Assembly (NCBI GenBank): GCA_000004985.1
Contig: GG738895.1
Reading direction: 5' to 3' (one strand)
Length of the DNA stretch: 64,000 nucleotides
Source: Naegleria gruberi
Lineage: Eukaryota
The notes beneath the pieces are model-generated. The model had not been told where the DNA came from. It did not search any database and saw nothing but the letters and a program-made list of their open reading frames with translations. Every line of letters starts with the position of its first letter. The stretch's first letter is position 1. Below, piece after piece: positions 57,371 to 64,000 of this stretch. Both the position numbers and the translations under genes were made by a program.

Positions 57371-58222
57371 ATGTCATCGAAGCCTTCATCATCATCGTCA
57401 TCACCATCAACAACAAGTGAAGGAGGTATCCGACTCTTCTCTCAAAATGAGAGTAAAGCTTGGGCTGAAAAGTTCTTTTTAATTTACGGACCAATTTGGA
57501 TGTCATACTTTTTCTATTTAATTTACTTTGAAATTTATGATAATGCATCAAGAATGGAATGGACAATGTATGGTGTAATTATGGCTACTCCATGTTTCTT
57601 ATATCCATTATTATTCCCTGGTAAGGCTGATCGTAATCTTCCGATTACTGAAAGATATTGGTTCAAGGCTAATATTTGGGTTTTCATCTTTAATTTTGTT
57701 GGAAATTACTTTTGGACTCATTACTTTTATAATCTTTTAGGTGCAACATATACTATGGATACTCATCGTATTAATGATGTTCCATATTTGATGTTTTTAT
57801 GTACTCAAGCTTATTTCACTTTCTATTTCTCATTGAGTAATGTTCTTTTGAGAATTATTTATACTGCATGGAGAAATCCATCAACTTCTAGAAGCATTTT
57901 CATTTGTCTTTTCATTTTGGCTTTCTCTTACTTTACTGCTTTTATGGAAACTTATACCATTCAATATTTCAAGTATTACACTTTCAAGAATAGAGATATG
58001 ATGTACAAAGTTGGTTCAATTGTCTATGGTATTTACTTTATTGTTGGTTTCCCAATGTATTATAGAATGGATGAAGAGGAAACAAAGAAAAAGTTCTCAA
58101 CTTTCAAATGTTGTGTTGAAAGTTTGGGCGCATGCATGTTAGTTACAATTTTGCTTGATTTTTGGAGATTGTTTGTTGGTGGTATTGTTGAAAATGTTCC
58201 TCAATGCGTTCCATGGATGTAA
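57371..58222 (+). CDS. Polytopic membrane protein (about 7 TM segments), 283 aa, possibly a lipid/sterol-modifying enzyme
   Basis: Ser-rich N-terminus followed by aromatic-rich hydrophobic helices (FFLIYGPIWMSYFFYLIYF.., NIWVFIFNFVGNYFWTHYFYNLLG..). The size and composition resemble cycloeucalenol cycloisomerase-type enzymes, but I cannot verify this from memory. Confidence 0.55.
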   Translation: MSSKPSSSSSSPSTTSEGGIRLFSQNESKAWAEKFFLIYGPIWMSYFFYLIYFEIYDNASRMEWTMYGVIMATPCFLYPLLFPGKADRNLPITERYWFKANIWVFIFNFVGNYFWTHYFYNLLGATYTMDTHRINDVPYLMFLCTQAYFTFYFSLSNVLLRIIYTAWRNPSTSRSIFICLFILAFSYFTAFMETYTIQYFKYYTFKNRDMMYKVGSIVYGIYFIVGFPMYYRMDEEETKKKFSTFKCCVESLGACMLVTILLDFWRLFVGGIVENVPQCVPWM

Positions 58223-59071
58223 AATTAGTGTGGAATTAAATCAATTTATTTATTAATTTAATATTTGAAATTATCCTAAATTTAGAACCTCATTTCACTA
58301 ACATTCCTTCAATTTATATCGTTTTTCATCATCAATTCTTCTTTGAAATAGGATATCACCATTCAGTAATTTCTCTTCTAATGGAACATTAGAGCAGGAG
58401 AGGAATTGTTTCATTGGTGATTTGAAACATAATCCCTAACTTCACTACAGCTTAATAACACAACATTGGAAATTGTTCAATTCGAAATACTCAATATTTA
58501 ATTTGAATATAGACTCAGTATTATTTAACATATATTGAAAAAAGATTCTCTGTGAAGATGCAAATCTGTTAATGGTAATATCTAAAAATCTTTTATTGGA
58601 TACCAACGCCAAATTCCTTTAGAGCGTTGCAACAGTTCATTCCCATAACTGCAACTGCAATTTTCATATTAATTTCCCAATTCAAATTCTTCAACTTTTC
58701 AAAATCGAAGAGAAAGTAAACTAAACAGCTAAACTAAGGCTATTGTACAATCATTTAAACAATGAAAACACAAACATATCAAAGCTCAAGCTTTCGCCAA
58801 TTAATATGAATCGCCAAGTATGCTTAATACCCTTTCCTTTCGTATATTCTTTCTTTGTTTCGTACAAACAAATATCATCACTATCATTTTCAGATAAGAG
58901 CTCCAAATCCACAACATTATTACTCAAAGGGCCATGGACAACCAATTTTACATAATTGGTCCTTGAGTAATTGCAACTGTTCCTGTCATTTGTCATCTTC
59001 ACAAATAAAGGTGGAAAACTCCTATCAATCTCAATACAAAAAAACATCACAAGAGCGAGTACTACTATTCA

Positions 59072-61155
59072 ATGCCAGTCTTTTCTTTCTTCAAGAAGAA
59101 GGAATCTTCTTCATCAAACACTAAACCAAATTCTGACTTGGCTAAGAAACTTCAACAAAAAGGTTAGTTTTCTATTCGAAACCAACATTAGAATAATTTT
59201 ATTGTTTTAATAGATGCTGGTTCTTGGACAGTCAATGAAGTTGGTATTTGGTTAGATTTAGTTGGTTTAGGAGAATATAAAGTAAGTTGTTGTAGTTTCT
59301 AATAACATTAAACTAAACTATTTAGCCAATATTTATTAACAATTCAATTAGTGGTCAAGAATTACTCGAATTAGGAGAAGAAGGTTTGTTGATATTATTA
59401 TTATTTCCATTAGTTTCTAATAGATATGTTGTGATGATCATTAATTGATGTTTTTATTCGAATCTTTCTAAATTGAACTAAATATCCGTAATATTATCCG
59501 TTACTGTCATCACCCATTGTTAATTCCCATCTCTTTGAATACAATCATTATACATTCATTTATAATACTTTTTACAAATATATATTTAATATTACAATAA
59601 TAACACTATTTATAATAATACTAATACATACAATAATAATACAATAACATGTACATACAATTATATAAAAATAGATATGAATCAACTTCAAGTGACAAAA
59701 CTTGGTCATCGTAAAAAGTTTAAAAAACTTGTTGAAGCACTTAAAAAGAATTCAAATATTACAAATTTCCTTGAAACACTTTCAGAAAATGATTCCGATA
59801 TGATTCCACCAACAAGTAGTAGTAGCAGTTCTAATAATATTAATAATAATAATAATGGTACTGCTAGTAATAGTACAGGTGGAGGTGGAAATTTCACACA
59901 AACAGCTCAACCATCTAATTTCCAAAATAGTAACTTGTCTGAATTGAGTGCAGGTAGTTCAGGAGGTGGTGTTTCAGCTGATTTAGTTTTTAAATGTTAT
60001 CATGCTGAAGATGTTCATTTAATTGCATTGAAAAGAGATAGAGCTACTTTTAGTGAATTGAAATTAAAGATTATTGAAGAATATAATTGTTTAAAACCAA
60101 TTATTAAATACCGTGATACAGAAGGTGATTTTATTAATATTAGAAAGGAAGAAGATTTTAATATTTGTAAACAAAATGTTCCAGTTGACTCTGCTATTAG
60201 ATTATATATTACAACTGAAAATGATGCAGATGACACTTCAAGTCAAACAAGTGGAAGTGAAATGTCATCATCAAATACTGCACAACTTCATGCTCAACGT
60301 CATACAGATCAATTTCCATCAATTTATGCCTCAGATGAAGAACCAGAAATGGATGATGGAGCTGTTTTCTTTGATGACTTTGTTGATTCTGTAATTATTA
60401 TTACAGATGATAAGATTGTTCAATATATGAACAAATCTGCTGAAAAGGCATTTGGTTATACAAAGAAGGAAGTTATTGGAAGAAATGTCAAGATTTTAAT
60501 GAGTAATACTCATAGAATTCAACATGATAATTATGTTGATAATTATTTAAGAACTGGTCAAGCTAAAATTATTGGATCTGGAAGGTAAGTTTTTATACTA
60601 TGAATAATTTCTCTCTAATACACAACTTTACATCTAATTAGAATGGTTGAAGCTCGTGCTAAGGATGGTTTAATTTTCCCAATTTGGTTGAGTGTTGCTG
60701 AATCTGCTTGGTTAGGAAGACATGCTTTCACTGCTACAATTCAAGATTTAAGAAAGGATAAGAGTAAGCATAGTAATTCTTCTGTTACTTCTCTTTTGGA
60801 AAACCTTGTTGATGCTGTCATTATTATTGATCTAAAATGTAATATTTGTTTCTTAAACAAGTCATCTGAAAAGATGTTTGGTTATAATAGAGATGAACTT
60901 ATTGGAAAGAATATTAAACAACTCATGCCTGAGAAGTATTCCATTAATCACGATTCATATGTTTCTCACTATTTGGAAACTGGAGAAAAGAAAGTTATTG
61001 GAAGAGGTAGAAAAGTTACTGCTAAAGATAAGAGTGGATCAATGTTCCCAATTTGGTTGAGCGTCAGTGAAACTAAATTCTCAGGAGAACGATCATTTGT
61101 TGGTACTATTCAGGATCTAAGAAAGGAAAACTCTTTGGACAAGATGTTGCACTAA
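59072..61155 (+). CDS. SAM - PB1 - tandem FixL-like heme-PAS domain protein, 546 aa, 5 exons
   Basis: Exons 59072..59162, 59214..59281, 59326..59383, 59675..60584 and 60642..61155 total 1641 nt in frame. The first four exons rebuild a SAM domain (W.V.EVG.WLDLVGLGEY...ISGQELLELGEEDMNQLQVTKLGHRKK). A PB1-like domain follows (VFKCYHAEDVHLIALKRDRATFSELKLKIIEEY..). Then two PAS domains: ..IGRNVKILMSNTHRIQHDNYVDNYLRTGQAKIIGSGRMVEARAKDGLIFPIWLSVAE.. and ..IGKNIKQLMPEKYSINHDSYVSHYLETGEKKVIGRGRKVTAKDKSGSMFPIWLSVSETKFSGERSFVGTIQDLRKE. These align residue-for-residue with the rhizobial FixL heme domain as I recall it (NILMPEP.R..HD.Y...Y..T...IIGIGR.V.G.R.DG..FP..L....M.SGGE..F.G..RDLTE), including the proximal His and distal Arg. 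Confidence 0.8.
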
Positions 61156-61277
61156 ACTTGTTAACACCAAACTAATGTACATTAATAAATATCTAGCTTA
61201 TTTCTATGTTGTAATCTGATTTGATGTAATGAATTAAGGAATAGTTACTTTTAATTTACTAGGTTAATTTATTCAGA

Positions 61278-64000
61278 TTATTTTTTCTTCTTCAACATGT
61301 ATGAAATAATTTCATTCAATGTATCAAAATTATGTTGTTGAGAAATGGAATGGATAAGGTGAATTGTGTCTGCTACCTTTTCACTCTTATTTTCTACTTG
61401 GGCAGAAATCCATTTACCTGAACAGTGGCAACGTTCAAGTACGTTATTGGCATTAATTTGGGAGCATCTAGAACATTGTAAATCTTGCAATTGATATCCA
61501 ACCATCTTATTTTGAACATAGTCAATTAATCTTCCCTCAATTAGAGATTTGTCAAAGTCATTCGAGCAGTGTTTACATTTAAAGATGTTTTCTGTTGTTG
61601 GTTTACCAAGCTCAAGATCACAACAAGAACTACAGAATGAACAAATCATATCAGGAACCTTGAAAATATTCTGGGATCTCTTGAACATTGATTCGGAAGA
61701 GAATTCCTTTACACCCAATAATTTCAGTAAAGATCTCTTGAGCACATTAACTTCATCTCTAATAAAAAGATCAATTGAAAGCATATGGCAAATTGCATTA
61801 ACAAACTCTAATCTAATATCTTTTTCTGATTCTAATTGTAGGGAGAGCTCTTTGAGTTGATTACTCATCACTTCCATCAAACCTTCTGAGAATTTAGTTG
61901 TCAAATATTCTTGGGCATGTTCTTCTTGGATCTTTTGAACTTCTTCTGCCTTCATTGTTGAAATTTTTTCATCCAATGATCTTCTATACTTGAGACATTC
62001 ATACATGTAAGTAGAAAGATAGAATACTAAATGTACTCTAACTGATTCTGGAAGTTCACTCAATAAATCAATGTGTGGATCAGAAGAAAGTCCAGTCTCT
62101 GTTTCTTGGTCTTCCTTAAAGCCCAAGAAGTTATCTTGATTAAACCACAACAAATTACTCCAAGTGTTTTTAACTTCAATATCAACCCAAGTGAATAACT
62201 TTTGTTGTTGAATGCTTGACTTAAGGTAGTCAGTGTAAACCTTAGCTTCATCTGTAGTATTCTTGCCAGTATCTACAATAATCTTAGTGAAGTTGGCATA
62301 GATGATTCTACATCCACACTTCTTAAAGTGAGCACAGAGTTGGAGGAAGACTTTCTTTTGAAGTCTGTAGATGAATGCTAAAATTTCAGGATGGAAAAGC
62401 TTAGCATGAGTATTACAACACCATCTATAAAGATTTGATAACAACAAATCTGGAACATCAGGACAGGTATTGTCATCATTGTGAACATCTGCGAACATTT
62501 TGGAAACAACTTGCTTGAATATTTTGAAAATTTCAGTAACAGTGGAGAATTTAGATGAATTACTAATCTTGTCATCAATTGTTTCTTCAATAAAACTACT
62601 TTGCAAAATGGCATTAATGTCCAAGTGAGAAATATCAAACTCAACACAAACTGAGTGATAGCAAGCAGAGTGATTAATAAAAGTACCACTTCTGGAATAC
62701 AATTGGTCATCACTCAACAATGCTTGTTGTTGTAGTGCATCATTTTCGCAACCTCCTAAATCTGGTTTGTTGGCCTTGCTTAACCACAATACATAGTCAT
62801 TTTGTAAACTTCTTCCAAACATCATGTCAATTAAATGCATAACAAAGTCATTTGATTCAATATTACCAATAGGAATACCACAATAGTTACTGTAGTTAGT
62901 CATATCCTTATACCATTTTTCAATAGCACAATATCTGATAAACATTTGCTTGATACAATTATTAGTCCAGTATGCTGAGAGAGCATGTTGATATTTGTTG
63001 TCTTCTTCACTGAAAGGAATGGCTACAATAGGTATTTCTTCTAACATTGGAGCGATTTCAGAGGCTGAATGAGTTTGGTATGAGAATGGAGACTGAACTA
63101 AAAGCAGAGATGATGCCTTTCTTTCCTTCGCCAAAATGTTGTTAATTTCTTTAAGTACATCAACTCTATTCTTGAAAACATCCAATTCAAATTCTTCAAT
63201 TTCTGTAATATTCAAGTTAGATTGCTCAATAATTTGATCTAATACTTCATCGAATAATCTATCAGGATGCAAACCTGTAGTTTGGAGATCAATTGAATGA
63301 ATCAAATAAATATATGCTTTCTTGTTTGCAAAAGAGAACAAACCAATAACACCTCTGACATCACAACAACTTTCAAAAAGATATAATTTTTGCAAGTTTG
63401 TTACATCTTTGAGATAAGATACACCAGGATTCTTCTTAGAATGACTTCCGTCAACTTGAACAAGATCTGAAACAGTAAGCGTATTGGCAGAGTCAATCTT
63501 TTCTCTTGACTTTGGATGTACTTGACAAAGTGAACCAATTGAAAGAACAGCTCTAAGAACAGGATCAATTTGTGTCTCATAAACACCTTGAATATGAGGA
63601 TTAGAGAATTCAGAGTAAATAGTTTGCAAGTTCTTTTGGTAGTACGACTCTAGCAACTCTTTTCTATAGAGGAATGTATCTCTCTTATTAGCTACTGAAG
63701 TTTCAACAAGCTGACTTGAGAGAATTGGTAATTTCTTATGAGGCTCCTCTGATTCACCTTGCTTTTGATAAAAATTGAGATAGACAACTCTTGGTACTTC
63801 TATCTTGAATGTTCTCATTTTACCTCCAACACTAATAAAAAGCTTGAGAAGACCTGGTGTTTCGGATTCTCTAACTTCAATAACATGCCACACGAGGTCT
63901 TTAAGTTGGTTAGAATAAAATTGAACATATGAAGCCATAGTACCATCATTGACAAGAGTGTTACCATCTGAGGATTTAGATTTCTTGGTCTTGTTCTTCT
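61278..64000 (-). CDS. POLE: DNA polymerase epsilon catalytic subunit A, C-terminal non-catalytic half (partial; 5' end beyond the window)
   Basis: The C-terminal Cys motifs (CSFCSSCCDLE..CKHCSNDF / CSRCSQINANNVLERCHCSG) are the Pol2 CysA/CysB zinc modules. The ORF is open to the window edge with no stop. Confidence 0.8.
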   Translation of the reverse strand, partial: KNKTKKSKSSDGNTLVNDGTMASYVQFYSNQLKDLVWHVIEVRESETPGLLKLFISVGGKMRTFKIEVPRVVYLNFYQKQGESEEPHKKLPILSSQLVETSVANKRDTFLYRKELLESYYQKNLQTIYSEFSNPHIQGVYETQIDPVLRAVLSIGSLCQVHPKSREKIDSANTLTVSDLVQVDGSHSKKNPGVSYLKDVTNLQKLYLFESCCDVRGVIGLFSFANKKAYIYLIHSIDLQTTGLHPDRLFDEVLDQIIEQSNLNITEIEEFELDVFKNRVDVLKEINNILAKERKASSLLLVQSPFSYQTHSASEIAPMLEEIPIVAIPFSEEDNKYQHALSAYWTNNCIKQMFIRYCAIEKWYKDMTNYSNYCGIPIGNIESNDFVMHLIDMMFGRSLQNDYVLWLSKANKPDLGGCENDALQQQALLSDDQLYSRSGTFINHSACYHSVCVEFDISHLDINAILQSSFIEETIDDKISNSSKFSTVTEIFKIFKQVVSKMFADVHNDDNTCPDVPDLLLSNLYRWCCNTHAKLFHPEILAFIYRLQKKVFLQLCAHFKKCGCRIIYANFTKIIVDTGKNTTDEAKVYTDYLKSSIQQQKLFTWVDIEVKNTWSNLLWFNQDNFLGFKEDQETETGLSSDPHIDLLSELPESVRVHLVFYLSTYMYECLKYRRSLDEKISTMKAEEVQKIQEEHAQEYLTTKFSEGLMEVMSNQLKELSLQLESEKDIRLEFVNAICHMLSIDLFIRDEVNVLKRSLLKLLGVKEFSSESMFKRSQNIFKVPDMICSFCSSCCDLELGKPTTENIFKCKHCSNDFDKSLIEGRLIDYVQNKMVGYQLQDLQCSRCSQINANNVLERCHCSGKWISAQVENKSEKVADTIHLIHSISQQHNFDTLNEIISYMLKKKK

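Noticed and set aside
58743-59210. Short ORFs (70-99 aa) in the intergenic region upstream of the PAS-domain gene
   Set aside because: They overlap each other in different frames and have no start context. Part of this region is the real first exon of the SAM-PB1-PAS gene in a third frame.
1-64000. Search for prokaryotic-style operons, defence islands, integrases or phage genes
   Set aside because: The sequence is clearly eukaryotic nuclear DNA with introns, monocistronic genes and A-rich start contexts, and none of those features is present.

Overview
This window is nuclear DNA from an AT-rich lower eukaryote (protist-like), not a prokaryote. The evidence is standard genetic code, strongly A-rich start contexts (AAAAAATG), two tRNA genes, and spliceosomal introns of mostly 40-57 nt with GTAAGT/GTATGT/GTAGGT donors and TAG acceptors. 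I cannot determine the organism from sequence alone. Genes are dense on both strands with about 0-5 introns each. Recognisable products include prefoldin-1, VPS28, APC11, katanin p80, NDUFA9-like, AIF, a tRNA-splicing endonuclease subunit, a PPTC7-like PP2C, a UBX protein, mitochondrial uS9, fibrillarin, a Nudix hydrolase, tRNA-Glu and tRNA-Pro, a DUF4116 protein, a vWA protein, several very large coiled-coil proteins, an EngB GTPase with a long N-terminal extension, a catalytically degenerate DEAD-box N-domain protein, an FAD oxidoreductase, a succinate-semialdehyde-type aldehyde dehydrogenase, an M28 peptidase, a PITH protein, an XPG-N (MKT1/FEN1-like) protein, a polytopic membrane protein, and the C-terminal half of DNA polymerase epsilon (runs off the window). 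The most notable item is a SAM-PB1 protein carrying two tandem PAS domains that align closely, by recall of the FixL heme-domain sequence, with the bacterial FixL heme-binding oxygen-sensor domain. Other points of interest are two microexons of 10 and 16 nt, a roughly 3300-aa NT-C2/coiled-coil/DIL gene with recent near-identical internal duplications, E2F-type promoter elements including a perfect TTTGGCGCCAAA palindrome, and an apparent 1-nt frameshift in the XPG-N gene. I found no prokaryotic defence system, CRISPR array or mobile element.
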